Below, piece by piece: positions 1 through 9,721 of a stretch of DNA of 64,000 nt. The position numbers were made by a program, and so were the translations under genes. The stretch spans positions 3,366-67,365 of the forward strand of contig JAZLDI010000002.1 of assembly GCA_045614665.1 (NCBI GenBank), written 5' to 3'. The number at the start of each line of letters is the position of its first letter. The first letter of the stretch is position 1. Below the pieces are notes generated by a model. The model saw nothing but the letters and a program-made list of their open reading frames with translations, had not been told where the DNA came from and did not search any database. The stretch is from Candidatus Enterousia sp. (GTDB lineage: Bacteria; Pseudomonadota; Alphaproteobacteria; Rs-D84).

Positions 1-2
1 TT

Positions 3-209
3 AGTTTTACTATTGATGATATGCATGTGTTGGATTTTGGTGTCATTGCGGGTGCGCACAATATTTGTGTGCGTGTTGGAAATATGTGTGCGTCCTGGAT
101 CCATCGTCTGTTGAACATAGATGGTTCGATTCGTGTGTCTGTTGGCCCATATAATACCAAAGATGATATTGATGCATTTATAGATGTCGTGCGGGGGTGT
201 GTGAAATGA
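3..209 (+). CDS. sufS: cysteine desulfurase (SufS-like), C-terminal fragment; gene starts upstream of the window
   Basis: Frame is open from the window edge to the stop at 207-209. The tail GSIRVSVGPYNTKDDIDAFIDVV resembles class-V aminotransferase/cysteine desulfurase C-termini. SufT-like and SufE genes follow directly. Confidence 0.55.
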   Translation, partial: SFTIDDMHVLDFGVIAGAHNICVRVGNMCASWIHRLLNIDGSIRVSVGPYNTKDDIDAFIDVVRGCVK

Positions 210-520
210 CGGTGTCCAGGGATGATATAATTAGTGCAATCAAGACGGTCTATGACCCGGAAATTCCGGTTAATGTTTGGGACCTGGGGTTAATATATAA
301 TATTGATATTGGTGTGGACGAGATTGTTATCACAATGACCTTTACCAGTCCGACATGCCCAATGATGGAAGAATTGATGCAACAATTGAAAGATGCGGTG
401 CAAAATGTGTCGGCTGGTGTACCGGTGCGTGTTGAATTGGTATGGGATCCACCGTGGGATTTGTCGAAAATGTCTGATGTGGCGCGACTGGAACTGGATT
501 TAACAGAGCAGGGGTGGTAA
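197..520 (+). CDS. DUF59/MIP18-family Fe-S cluster assembly protein (SufT-like)
   Basis: 107 aa. DPEIPVNVWDLGLIY and FTSPTCPM motifs are typical of DUF59 proteins. Overlaps the upstream stop by 13 nt. Confidence 0.7.
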   Translation: MCEMTVSRDDIISAIKTVYDPEIPVNVWDLGLIYNIDIGVDEIVITMTFTSPTCPMMEELMQQLKDAVQNVSAGVPVRVELVWDPPWDLSKMSDVARLELDLTEQGW

Positions 521-527
521 AAAAACT

Positions 528-890
528 ATGACGTATGCGGATATAAAAAATTTTTTGCAATCTATTTCAGATCCGGTCCAGAAATTAGAATTTGTTATGG
601 ATTTGGGGCGTTCTTTGGCGGTAGTGCCGGCGAATGCGTCGTGTGCCGAGATTGTGGGGTGTGCGTCACATGTCGAAATTTGTCGTGATGGGAACAGGTT
701 TTATGGGCGTGCCGATTCGGCATTGGTGCGTGGGATTGTTGCAATCTTAATCGCAATGGTTGATGAAAAAACACCCCAAGAAATAAAAGAAATTGATATT
801 TTGTCCGAATTTTCAAGTCTGGATATCAATCTGGGGGCGGGAAGATTGAACGGTTTGGAATCTATGGTTCGTTTTTTTCATAATTTATGA
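528..890 (+). CDS. sufE: cysteine desulfuration protein SufE
   Basis: 120 aa. Has the active-site context EIVGCASHVEI and the C-terminal GAGRLNGLESMV typical of the SufE/CsdE family. Confidence 0.75.
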   Translation: MTYADIKNFLQSISDPVQKLEFVMDLGRSLAVVPANASCAEIVGCASHVEICRDGNRFYGRADSALVRGIVAILIAMVDEKTPQEIKEIDILSEFSSLDINLGAGRLNGLESMVRFFHNL

Positions 891-918
891 TAAAATATGT
901 GGGAATTAAAACGGGGGA

Positions 919-1233
919 ATGGCAGCAATGAGCGAAGATGAAAAAATGTTTCATATTGGTATATGGGCGTTGTGTGGGGTGCTGTTCCTGACTATTGGAT
1001 TACAGGTTTGTTATCGTACGCAAAATCGTACACGAAATCATGTACGTGCTGAAATCGTGCGTACACAACAGGAAATTGCCGATTCCGCAACGCGATTCGA
1101 GGGATATAAAAGACCAGAGGTTTTAAGAAACCTGGTCGGCGGGGTGGTGCCAAATGCCACGGCGATTGGGTATCAAAAATCGATCACGATTGATGCGTTA
1201 CCAGACAGGGAAATAAAAAAGTCAGATGTTTAA
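919..1233 (+). CDS. small bitopic membrane protein, possibly FtsL-like
   Basis: 104 aa with a single TM helix (IGIWALCGVLFLTIGLQV) followed by a helical segment. Overlaps the class-B PBP gene by 8 nt, the position FtsL occupies in dcw clusters. No decisive motif. Confidence 0.35.
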   Translation: MAAMSEDEKMFHIGIWALCGVLFLTIGLQVCYRTQNRTRNHVRAEIVRTQQEIADSATRFEGYKRPEVLRNLVGGVVPNATAIGYQKSITIDALPDREIKKSDV

Positions 1234-2851
1234 TGTTGGCCAGGATATTTATAAACGTGGATTTTCCGGCATTCGTGGAGATGGGGCGGGGCGTGGTCGT
1301 ATGCATACGGTTTATCGATGGCTGTGTTTAGCGTTTGCTGTCTTTATAGGCTGGACATTATATTTGGGAATAAGTGGTACGGATAATACGCGGCGTGCGG
1401 TGGCGGATGGTGACTGGGCTGTGCATCGTGCAGATATTGTTGATAGAAATGGTGATATCCTGGCCAAGAATGTTATGTCGGGACATATTGTCTTGCGTAA
1501 TCGTGATGTGGTGGATAGAGATGCGGTCGCGAATATGATTCATCGTGCTATGCCATACGAGTATTCTTTAAATCAGTCACTGGAATTGGTAAATTCGTCG
1601 CGGCGGTTCGTATACTTGAAAAAATATGCCAGTGAATATCAACGTGATATGATAAAAAAGGCGCGTTTGCGTGGACTGGAAGTTGAACCGATCCAGGATA
1701 GAAAATATCCAAAGGGACGTATGTTTTCGCACGCGGTTGGATTTGTTGGTGGTGAAGGTCGCGGATTAGAGGGGGCTGAACGTGTATATGAAAAATATTT
1801 GACGGAAAATAAAGATGCGTTGCAGTTATCGTTGGATGCACGTGTCCAGGCCGTGTTTTATGATCAATTATCAATAGCAATGCAGACATACCGGGCAAAA
1901 TCTGCGATGGGGATGTTGATGAATTCGCGTACGGGTGAAATTGTGGCGATGGTGTCTCTGCCGGATTATGACCCAGAAAATATATCGTTGGATCCGGCGC
2001 GTAATCGTATGTTTATGCCGATGCGTGGCGTGTTTGAAATGGGGTCTATATTTAAAATATTTAATACGGCGCTGGCATTGGAAAATGGTATTAACAAAGA
2101 ATATTATGTAAAAGAACCGTTCCCGATTGAGGATAAATTTGGTCGTGTTGTTCACAGAATTCGCGATATTCGCAGCTTTAAACCACCACGTCCAAACCTT
2201 AATATTGAAGAAATTATGATGCATTCGTGCAACGTCGGCAGTGCCCAAATCGCAATGGATTTGCCAGACGGCGCACAACGAGAATTTTTTGAAAAGTTGC
2301 ATTTTAATCAGGCCTTGGATTTGGAATTTGGGCGTACCGAGCGTGGTCTGATGCCACAAAAATGGGGACCGGTTGAGCGCGCAACAATATCTTTTGGACA
2401 TGGAATCGCTGTTACACCAATGCATTTGATGTTGGGGGTTAATGCGGTGACAAATGGTGGAATTTACATATATCCAACATTACAGAAACGCGGATTGGGG
2501 GTTGTACGTGGTGAACGTGTTTTAGATGAAGAATTTTCGGCACAATTGCGCAAAATTATGTTACGGGTTAACGAAGAAACCAGTGGAAAAAAAGCGCGTA
2601 TTGCCGGGATTGAAATTGGTGGTAAAACAGCAACAGCTGAAAAGTATAGTAATGGCAAGGTTGATAATAAAAGAAATCTGACAGCGTATGTTGGTATTTT
2701 CCCGGCAAATGCTCCACAATATACAATTCTGGTAATTTTGGACGAGCCCCAGGCAACCAAGGATTCGTGGGGTTGGAAAACTGCGGCATGGAATGCGGTG
2801 CCAACAACAGGCAAAATTTTGGATTCTATACTGCCGTTGCTATTTGAATAA
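1226..2851 (+). CDS. ftsI: class B penicillin-binding protein, peptidoglycan D,D-transpeptidase (FtsI/PBP3-like)
   Basis: 541 aa with an N-terminal TM helix. Transpeptidase motifs are present: SIFK (SxxK), HSCN (SxN) and GKTAT (KTG-like). Confidence 0.8.
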   Translation: MFNVGQDIYKRGFSGIRGDGAGRGRMHTVYRWLCLAFAVFIGWTLYLGISGTDNTRRAVADGDWAVHRADIVDRNGDILAKNVMSGHIVLRNRDVVDRDAVANMIHRAMPYEYSLNQSLELVNSSRRFVYLKKYASEYQRDMIKKARLRGLEVEPIQDRKYPKGRMFSHAVGFVGGEGRGLEGAERVYEKYLTENKDALQLSLDARVQAVFYDQLSIAMQTYRAKSAMGMLMNSRTGEIVAMVSLPDYDPENISLDPARNRMFMPMRGVFEMGSIFKIFNTALALENGINKEYYVKEPFPIEDKFGRVVHRIRDIRSFKPPRPNLNIEEIMMHSCNVGSAQIAMDLPDGAQREFFEKLHFNQALDLEFGRTERGLMPQKWGPVERATISFGHGIAVTPMHLMLGVNAVTNGGIYIYPTLQKRGLGVVRGERVLDEEFSAQLRKIMLRVNEETSGKKARIAGIEIGGKTATAEKYSNGKVDNKRNLTAYVGIFPANAPQYTILVILDEPQATKDSWGWKTAAWNAVPTTGKILDSILPLLFE

Positions 2852-2894
2852 TTTTAGATTATAATAATTCTGATAATAAAAAAAAGAGTAGTGC

Positions 2895-4643
2895 GTGAAA
2901 AAGATAGTAGAGAAATCCATGCTGGGCCAGGCGTGGGTGTTGCCGACATATTCAGATGATGATTTCCCAGGCGCAGATGATTTAGTCTTAAAAATACTAA
3001 AAGCGCGTGGTATTGAAAATGTAGATAGTTTCTTGAACCCTAGTATCAAGGAATATATGCCCGATCCATCGGTTCTGTGTGATATGGATAATGCTGCACG
3101 TATAATCGCAGATGCGGTTGTGGCGGGTGAAAAAATTGCGATTTATGGAGACTATGACGTCGATGGTATTACATCAACGGCGGTGTTTGTAAAATATATG
3201 CGTCAAATTGGTGCGGATGTTATTTGGCACCTGCCCACGCGCGAGGGCGAAGGATACGGTTTAAATACCGTGGCTGTCCAAGAAATTGCGGATGCAGGCG
3301 CAAAATTATTAATCACCGTTGATTGTGGTATCAGTGGTAATGAAGATGTAGACTTTGCAAAGCAATGTGGTATGCAAGTTGTTGTGACCGATCATCATTC
3401 GCCAGATGCAATTTTGCCAAATGCAGATTCTGTTGTAAACCCAAAGCGCAATGATGATGTGTCAGGTCTGGATTACCTGGCCGGGGTTGGTGTGGCATTT
3501 TTAACCGTTGTGGCGGTTAATCGTGAATTAAAATCACGTGATTTACACACGGGAATAAAAGAAAAAATAGATTCACTGAATTTGATGAATTTTATGGATT
3601 TGGTGGCGTTGGGTACGATTTGTGACACTATGCCATTGGTTGGATTGAATCGCGCGTATGTTGCAACTGGATTAAAGGTTATGGGGTTGCGTCAGAATTT
3701 GGGCCTGCGTGTATTAATGGATGTTGCGGGTATAAAAAAGCCGTCTGTGTATGCGGCTGGGTTTGCGTTGGGACCGCGATTAAATGCAGCGGGACGATTG
3801 GATTCGGCGGCGCCGGCATTGGATTTATTATTAACAGATAATCCTTTGATTGCGCATTCGTTGGCAGAAAAACTGCATCAGATGAATCAAGATCGTATAG
3901 ATATTCAAAATGCAATTATGTTACGTGCAATTGATATGGCGGATAAATGCTGTGCCAAGGGGAATTGTAGTTTGTTCCTGTGTGGTGATAACTGGCACGG
4001 TGGGGTTATGGGAATTATTGCGGGTCGATTAAAGGATAAATATAATTTGCCATCTTGTGTTGCGACCAAGACGGATGGGGTTATAAATGGGTCTGGACGT
4101 TCAATACCGGGTGTTGATTTAGGTAAAATTATTCACGATGCATTGGCGGCGGGAATTGTTTCCGAAGGTGGCGGACACGCGGCTGCGGCGGGATTTTCAT
4201 TAAGTGCAGAAAACGAAGAAGCGTTTTGTGATTTCCTGGAAAATGCGGTGCGTGAACAGTTGCACGGCCAAATGCCAGAGCGAGAAGTTATTGTAGATGC
4301 AGAAATGGATGCAGGTGGCGCAACAATGAGATTGGTGAATAAATTAAATGCGCTGGAACCATTTGGTCAGGGAAATCCAGAGCCAACATTGGTGTTAAGT
4401 GGAGCGATGTTACGGCACACATCTACGATGGGTAATGGGGCACATTTGCGTGGAACAATCGCGACCAGCAGCGGGACAAATGTATCGTTTGTTGGATTTA
4501 ATTTGGTGGGAACACCGGTTGGGGATTTTTTACTGGATGATGGAAATATCAATGCTAAGATAAAGATGCTGGGTAAACTGAAAGAAAATGAATATAACGG
4601 ACGTGTGTCGGCACAATTCGTTTTGGAAGATATTGCGGTGTAA
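2895..4643 (+). CDS. recJ: single-stranded-DNA-specific exonuclease RecJ
   Basis: 582 aa with DHH-family motifs DYDVDGITS, TVDCG, TDHHSP and DHHA1 GGGHAAAAG. GTG start at 2895; the exact start is uncertain. Confidence 0.9.
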   Translation: MKKIVEKSMLGQAWVLPTYSDDDFPGADDLVLKILKARGIENVDSFLNPSIKEYMPDPSVLCDMDNAARIIADAVVAGEKIAIYGDYDVDGITSTAVFVKYMRQIGADVIWHLPTREGEGYGLNTVAVQEIADAGAKLLITVDCGISGNEDVDFAKQCGMQVVVTDHHSPDAILPNADSVVNPKRNDDVSGLDYLAGVGVAFLTVVAVNRELKSRDLHTGIKEKIDSLNLMNFMDLVALGTICDTMPLVGLNRAYVATGLKVMGLRQNLGLRVLMDVAGIKKPSVYAAGFALGPRLNAAGRLDSAAPALDLLLTDNPLIAHSLAEKLHQMNQDRIDIQNAIMLRAIDMADKCCAKGNCSLFLCGDNWHGGVMGIIAGRLKDKYNLPSCVATKTDGVINGSGRSIPGVDLGKIIHDALAAGIVSEGGGHAAAAGFSLSAENEEAFCDFLENAVREQLHGQMPEREVIVDAEMDAGGATMRLVNKLNALEPFGQGNPEPTLVLSGAMLRHTSTMGNGAHLRGTIATSSGTNVSFVGFNLVGTPVGDFLLDDGNINAKIKMLGKLKENEYNGRVSAQFVLEDIAV

Positions 4644-4646
4644 AAT

Positions 4647-5603
4647 ATGGAACAAAATGTAAAAACATTTATTGAAAAAATTAAAACTGCGAAAAATATT
4701 GCAATCATGGGACATAAAAATCCTGATGGTGATTCTTATTGCAGTGTGCTGGCTCTGGCGAAGTTAATCGAATTAAATTATGGGTTGCGTCCAACGTGCA
4801 TTTATGATGGAAATATTCCGGAATACCTGGATGAAATGCCAATGCGGTCGTGGATTAAATATTATGAACGTGTCGATTTGTCAGAGGTTTATGACCTGGT
4901 TATCCTGTTGGATTATGGTACACCAAAACATATTGGCGGTGCGCGTCCAATTGTGGACGGTGCACGTTTCATTGTTGAAATAGATCATCACCAAAATGAC
5001 GAGAAGTTAGGGACTTTGTGTATTGATGACGAGGAGGCCGCTGCCACGGGACAAATTCTGTTTGATATTATGAAGATGGCTGGTTGGCAATTTGATAAAG
5101 ACGTATTGGATTTATTAGCAGTTGCACTAATTACAGATACGGGTAATTTTAAATTTGTGCGTTCTGGTCGGGTTATGCAGATTATGGGTGATTTAATTGA
5201 TAATGGCGTTGTGTTGCGTCATTTGTTTGAAGCGTTGCGTAACAAGCCCCGCAAGGCCGTCGTAGTTGAGGCAGGCGCCGCGTCCCGCGCAGAATTTTTA
5301 TTCAAAGGAAAACTGGTCATTGCTACTATCCCGCACAAGGATTATAAATATCTGGACGGACGTGGTGAAACGGTGTTGAATCTGTTGGGATCTATCAAGG
5401 GGGTTGAATATATCGCCTTCTTGAAAGAGCAAAAGTCCGAGCAAACGGGGGTATCGTTGCGCAGTCGTGGCAAGCCAATCAATCATATTGCAGAAGCATT
5501 GGGTGGTGGTGGACATATGTGTGCCGCCGGCGCGGTTGTAAACGATTCGGTTGAAAATGTTCGTAATCGCGTTATCGAATTATTTCGGGGGGAAATTAAA
5601 TAA
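4647..5603 (+). CDS. nrnA: DHH/DHHA1 phosphoesterase (NrnA-like oligoribonuclease/pAp phosphatase)
   Basis: 318 aa with motifs GHKNPDGDSYCS, DHHQN and GGGGHMCAAG. Lies 3 nt downstream of recJ. Confidence 0.7.
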   Translation: MEQNVKTFIEKIKTAKNIAIMGHKNPDGDSYCSVLALAKLIELNYGLRPTCIYDGNIPEYLDEMPMRSWIKYYERVDLSEVYDLVILLDYGTPKHIGGARPIVDGARFIVEIDHHQNDEKLGTLCIDDEEAAATGQILFDIMKMAGWQFDKDVLDLLAVALITDTGNFKFVRSGRVMQIMGDLIDNGVVLRHLFEALRNKPRKAVVVEAGAASRAEFLFKGKLVIATIPHKDYKYLDGRGETVLNLLGSIKGVEYIAFLKEQKSEQTGVSLRSRGKPINHIAEALGGGGHMCAAGAVVNDSVENVRNRVIELFRGEIK

Positions 5604-6217
5604 TGTTTAAACAAATTTTTGTCTTGGTTTGTGTGTTTCTGTGCGGTGTGGCGAATGCCGCGGTTGATGCGTCTTTGGTGGTGCGCGCTGAAAAATATCT
5701 TAATTCTATTACGGGATTGGCTGGTGGATTTGTTCAGACCGCAAATGGACGCGATGAACGTGGGGATTTCGCAATGTTGCGTCCGGGTCGAGTCCGTTTG
5801 GATTATGCCAATATGCCGATACAATTAATTTCAGATGGTGATGATTTATATTTCTTTGATAAGTCACTGGACCAGATTACAACCGTGCCACTGACCAGTA
5901 CGCCCGCCGGAATATTGGTGCGTAAAAATATTGATTTGACTGGTGCAGATATTAACGTTGTTGAAACAACCGATGGTAAAAATACATTTGCGTTAAAAAT
6001 GAACCTAAAAGGACAAGAGGGGTTGGGGAATATGACGGTGGTATTTGATAAAAATCCGGTGCGTTTAAATTCTTGGTCCGTGGTTGATGCGACAGGTGCA
6101 AAAACAGATGTTGCGTTTAGCAATCTGAAAACAAAGACAAATTTTGGACGTGACTATTTTCAAATTCAAAGACACAAAACAATTAGCACCAGTGGTGGTG
6201 ATGATTTCTATGATTAA
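5603..6217 (+). CDS. lolA: outer-membrane lipoprotein carrier protein LolA-like
   Basis: 204 aa with a signal peptide ending ANA. The LolA-like pattern FVQT...GDFAMLRPGRVRLDY...LISDGDDLYFFD is present. The ATG overlaps the upstream stop (TAATG). Confidence 0.65.
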   Translation: MFKQIFVLVCVFLCGVANAAVDASLVVRAEKYLNSITGLAGGFVQTANGRDERGDFAMLRPGRVRLDYANMPIQLISDGDDLYFFDKSLDQITTVPLTSTPAGILVRKNIDLTGADINVVETTDGKNTFALKMNLKGQEGLGNMTVVFDKNPVRLNSWSVVDATGAKTDVAFSNLKTKTNFGRDYFQIQRHKTISTSGGDDFYD

Positions 6218-6222
6218 ATAAA

Positions 6223-6507
6223 ATGTTTGGGATAAGTGGGGCTGAATTTTTAGTGGTGCTGTTGGTGGCGGTGTTGGTGATACCGGCGCGCCATTGGCCG
6301 GATGTCGCAAAATTTTTGGCACGTGCGGTAAAGTTCATTCGCGGCGTTGTCTGGCGAATTACAGATGCATCTGAAAAAATCAAAGAGCAGATTGAACGAG
6401 AGGCCCCAATCGACGATTTAATAAAAACAACAACCGATGATATTTTATCTGAGATTTCAGAACCTATAAAAAAATTAAATAAAAAATCAGGGCGGGGTAA
6501 AAAATGA
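6223..6507 (+). CDS. tatB: twin-arginine translocase TatA/TatB-family subunit (TatB-like)
   Basis: 94 aa. The N-terminus MFGISGAEFLVVLLVAVLVIP is a TM helix followed by an amphipathic helix. 4-nt overlap with tatC. Confidence 0.6.
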   Translation: MFGISGAEFLVVLLVAVLVIPARHWPDVAKFLARAVKFIRGVVWRITDASEKIKEQIEREAPIDDLIKTTTDDILSEISEPIKKLNKKSGRGKK

Positions 6508-7211
6508 AAAATATGACCCTGATGCAACATTTTGCAGAAATGCGCCGCCGGATTTTATGGACTCTATTAATCTTTGTGATTGCGCTTTTTGTAGGTATTT
6601 ATTTCGCGCCCCAGATTCAAGATTTCCTTACCGCGCCGTTGTTGACGGTCTGGTCCGATGGGGCGATGTTGTATAGCGGTTTGTCCGATGGAATGATGAT
6701 TTGTTTTTCATTGGGATTTACGTTTGCTGTATTTATAACATTGCCAGTATTGTTGTGGCATGTATGGGCATATGTGGCGCCGGGCTTGCGGGATAAAGAA
6801 CGCAAGTTTGTTTGGCCGTTTCTAGTTTTATCGCCGATTTTGTTTGTTGTGGGGGCGGCGTTTGCTTTTTATGTGTTGTTCCCGGTCGTGTTTAAGTTTT
6901 TTATAGACTTGAATTTATCTGCGCCGGTGCCGGCAATGGTGATGCCGGCGGCACGTGATTATCTGGGGGTTGCGATTGGCTTGTTAAAAGTATTTGGAAT
7001 CGCATTTCAATTACCATTGATAATGGTATTGTTAAATCGTATAGGTGTGTTGGGGCGTGCGCGCGTTATACAGATGCGCCGGTATGCGATTGTTCTTATT
7101 GCGGTGGTTGCCGCGGTTTTAACGCCGCCCGATGTGGTCAGTCAGATTTTGTTGGCACTGCCATTGTGGTTATTGTTTGAAACCAGTATTTTATTTATGC
7201 GTCGTGACTGA
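6504..7211 (+). CDS. tatC: twin-arginine translocase subunit TatC
   Basis: 235 aa with six hydrophobic segments. The N-terminus LMQHFAEMRRRILW is typical of TatC. Confidence 0.9.
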   Translation: MKNMTLMQHFAEMRRRILWTLLIFVIALFVGIYFAPQIQDFLTAPLLTVWSDGAMLYSGLSDGMMICFSLGFTFAVFITLPVLLWHVWAYVAPGLRDKERKFVWPFLVLSPILFVVGAAFAFYVLFPVVFKFFIDLNLSAPVPAMVMPAARDYLGVAIGLLKVFGIAFQLPLIMVLLNRIGVLGRARVIQMRRYAIVLIAVVAAVLTPPDVVSQILLALPLWLLFETSILFMRRD

Positions 7212-7231
7212 TTTTATGATATAATGATTTT

Positions 7232-8560
7232 GTGAAAAAATTCAGTCTGATTTTATCTGTGTTAGTTTTACCCATGATGATCGGGTGTGATTTACAGCCG
7301 AAAATTTTAACCTTGCCAGATAGTGTTGGGGATTTTATTTCAGCGCGATATCCAGCATTGTTGGCGGATCCAAATACAGATCCTGAAATTTATGCATCGG
7401 CGGCAACAGACTATGGTATATATGCATCGCCAAATCTTTATGGAACAGATGTGTCGTCATCGGATGACTACGTTATGTATGCGTCGGTTGATGATTATAT
7501 CATTCCGCCCCAGGTGCAAGATGATGTAAAATCAGAACCAGCGGTGGTGGTCGCAGAATATGAATCGCCAATCGAATCAAAATCAGAATCTGGGACGGAT
7601 GACTATCTGCGTGTGCCAATGTATGGCGGGACATCGGATGTGGGTGCGTCTAAACCAAATGAAATAGTTGTTGCGCGTGGGGATACTATGTATTCGTTGG
7701 CGCGCAGGCATAATACAACCGTTGATGAATTGGCGTCTGTCAATAAACTAAGCGCGCCATATACATTATCTGTGGGGCAGAAATTAAATTTACCCGGCGC
7801 GGCGCGGTCGGCGGTAACGTCTGATGTGATTGCGGTGCCAGCGAAAAAGGCAGTTGGTGTTCAGACAACAACACGTGTTGCGCTGACGGATATTACGGTG
7901 GGGCCGGGTGATACGCTGTATTCGATTTCGCGTAAATATTCTGTGCCGGTAAATGATTTGGCGGTTATGAATAAATTAAAGGCGCCATTCACATTATCAA
8001 TTGGACAGAGGTTAAAGGTACCAAACCTTAAAACCGCAAATGTCAAGGTGGCGGAAAGCGCAAAGCCGGTTGCATCACAAAAGAATACAAATGACAAGGT
8101 TGCAACAGTCGCACCAGTAAAAAAAGAAGCAAAAAAGATTTCATCTGACCCGTCCAAGAAATTACCGGCGATTGCGGCACGATCTTCGTCCAAGTTTGCG
8201 TGGCCGGTTCGTGGCAAGATATTGTCGAATTATGGTGCAAAATCGAATGGACTGTTTAATGATGGTATAAATATTGGTGCCACGCGTGGTACCGCGGTCA
8301 AGGCGGCGGAAAATGGCGTTGTTGCATATGCTGGGAACGAAGTAAAGGGGATGGGAAACTTGATTATTATTCAACATGCATCTGGTTGGATGACGGTTTA
8401 TGCGCATATGGATTCTTTGGCGGTAAAACGTGGTACGCGTGTAAACGTTGGACAACAAATAGGTACAGTTGGTGCGTCTGGCAAGGTGGATGCACCACAG
8501 TTGCACTTTGAAATACGCAAGGGGACCAAGGCGTACAATCCATCGGCTTATTTAAAGTAA
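7232..8560 (+). CDS. LysM-domain M23 metallopeptidase lipoprotein (NlpD-like)
   Basis: GTG start and lipobox MMIGC. Two LysM repeats (VARGDTMYSLARRHNTTVDELASVNKL and VGPGDTLYSISRKYSVPVNDLAVMNKL). C-terminal M23 motifs IIIQHASGWMTVYAHM and PQLHFEIR. Confidence 0.85.
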   Translation: MKKFSLILSVLVLPMMIGCDLQPKILTLPDSVGDFISARYPALLADPNTDPEIYASAATDYGIYASPNLYGTDVSSSDDYVMYASVDDYIIPPQVQDDVKSEPAVVVAEYESPIESKSESGTDDYLRVPMYGGTSDVGASKPNEIVVARGDTMYSLARRHNTTVDELASVNKLSAPYTLSVGQKLNLPGAARSAVTSDVIAVPAKKAVGVQTTTRVALTDITVGPGDTLYSISRKYSVPVNDLAVMNKLKAPFTLSIGQRLKVPNLKTANVKVAESAKPVASQKNTNDKVATVAPVKKEAKKISSDPSKKLPAIAARSSSKFAWPVRGKILSNYGAKSNGLFNDGINIGATRGTAVKAAENGVVAYAGNEVKGMGNLIIIQHASGWMTVYAHMDSLAVKRGTRVNVGQQIGTVGASGKVDAPQLHFEIRKGTKAYNPSAYLK

Positions 8561-8590
8561 ATGTTGTGAATACTGTCAGATAAATTTATG

Positions 8591-8628
8591 TCCCCCGTTA
8601 TGATAAAGTCATAAAAGCGGGGGATTTT
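8591..8628 (+). terminator. rho-independent terminator of the M23 peptidase gene
   Basis: Hairpin TCCCCCG...CGGGGGA with an inner TATGA/TCATA stem, followed by TTTT. Confidence 0.6.
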
Positions 8629-8725
8629 GTGATGAAAAGAATTTTTGTTTGGGTGTTATTTATTTGTATGATTACGTCGGCGATAGGCTATTTGCTGCAT
8701 AAATATCAAATTCGGTTATAAAAAC

Positions 8726-8753
8726 TTGCATTTTGTGTAAAAATGTCTATAAT
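8726..8753 (+). promoter_or_regulatory. sigma70-type promoter for tRNA-Lys
   Basis: TTGCAT (8726-8731), 16-nt spacer, TATAAT (8748-8753). Lies 30 nt upstream of the tRNA 5' end. Confidence 0.6.
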
Positions 8754-8783
8754 TAGCCCCGTTCTGAAATAAAATTCAGTTTC

Positions 8784-8859
8784 GGATGCGTAGCTCAGTT
8801 GGTAGAGCAACTGACTCTTAATCAGTGGGTCCAGGGTTCGAGTCCCTGCGCGTCCACCA
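8784..8859 (+). tRNA. tRNA-Lys (anticodon CTT), CCA encoded
   Basis: 76-nt cloverleaf folded by hand. Acceptor GGATGCG/CGCGTCC, D-arm GCTC-AGTTGGTA-GAGC, anticodon arm ACTGA-CTCTTAA-TCAGT, T-arm CAGGG-TTCGAGT-CCCTG, discriminator A plus CCA. Confidence 0.9.
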
Positions 8860-8866
8860 GAAATAA

Positions 8867-8890
8867 ACGGTCACATGTGTGGCCGTTTTT
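8867..8890 (+). terminator. rho-independent terminator after tRNA-Lys
   Basis: ACGGTCACA/TGTGGCCGT hairpin with one G-T wobble, followed by TTTTT. Confidence 0.6.
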
Positions 8891-9017
8891 ATTTTGTTCT
8901 CTTTGATGCTTTCCCCAGGGATTCATACCTATGCAAATATTTATATTAGATTGATAGAATTAGGGTGTTGACATGAAACGAAAAACACAAAAAACAAAAT
9001 CTATAAAAGGAGAAAAA

Positions 9018-9629
9018 ATGAAAAAAATAGCTATCTCAACACTGGCGGTGTTATTGGCGTGCCCAGCGTTCGCTATGAATAACCCAAATCAGGGCAGCAG
9101 TTGGACAATGTGGGGTATGGACCCATATGTCGGTTTGCGTGGCGGTGCATCATATACAAATTTAAACTATCGCTATAACGGGCAAAAAGAATCTTTGACA
9201 GACACTGTGTTGCAAGGGCGTGCAGCGTTGGGTTTAGAAGTTTGTGATAAAATGCGTGCTGAAGTTGAATGGTCTATGTTCGGCAAATTGGAAGATATCG
9301 AAAACTTTGGCAGTGTCGGTGATGCAAAAGTCAAAGCAAAGATGCAGACATTGTTGATGAACGGTTATTGGGAATTTGGACCATATGAAGTTGTTCGCCC
9401 ATTCTTTGGTATGGGTGCCGGTGTCGCGTTCACAGATATCACACGCAGTGGTACAAATGTTCCACATCACGGCAATAGCAAGACGTCATTCTCGGCAATG
9501 GGAACAATGGGTGTAACGTTTGATATGAAGCGTTTCGCCGTTGATTTGGCTGCACGTTATAACTATGTAGATGTTAATTCAGGTCTGCATAATTTTGGTG
9601 GCGATGTTGGTATCCGCTTTATGTTCTAA
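9018..9629 (+). CDS. small outer-membrane beta-barrel protein (Omp25/OMP_b-brl-like)
   Basis: AGGAG sits 5 nt upstream of ATG 9018. Signal peptide ends AFA, beta-strand-like alternation follows, and the C-terminus is aromatic (GIRFMF). Shares RAEVE, NGYWEF and GMGAGVA blocks with the ORF at 53953-54678. Confidence 0.7.
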   Translation: MKKIAISTLAVLLACPAFAMNNPNQGSSWTMWGMDPYVGLRGGASYTNLNYRYNGQKESLTDTVLQGRAALGLEVCDKMRAEVEWSMFGKLEDIENFGSVGDAKVKAKMQTLLMNGYWEFGPYEVVRPFFGMGAGVAFTDITRSGTNVPHHGNSKTSFSAMGTMGVTFDMKRFAVDLAARYNYVDVNSGLHNFGGDVGIRFMF

Positions 9630-9652
9630 GTATGACATTTCGTTCATATGGG

Positions 9653-9680
9653 CGCCGGCAAATTTTGCCGGCGTTTTTTT
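9653..9680 (+). terminator. rho-independent terminator of the OMP gene
   Basis: CGCCGGC/GCCGGCG hairpin followed by a T7 run. Confidence 0.65.
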
Positions 9681-9700
9681 GTTAATGTGATATAAAAATA

Positions 9701-9716
9701 CCCCACATGTGTGGGG
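9701..9716 (-). terminator. hairpin terminator downstream of the Dps-like gene (possibly bidirectional)
   Basis: Perfect palindrome CCCCACATGTGTGGGG flanked by A/T runs on both sides. Lies 6 nt beyond the stop at 9722. Confidence 0.45.
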
Positions 9717-9721
9717 TGTTT

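Noticed and set aside
8632-8721. 29-aa hydrophobic ORF (MKRIFVWVLFICMITSAIGYLLHKYQIRL) between the M23 peptidase terminator and the tRNA-Lys promoter.
   Set aside because: It begins 4 nt after a strong terminator and has no promoter of its own. It is very short, with only a weak GGGGA upstream. It is plausible as a small membrane peptide, but I cannot support it from sequence alone.
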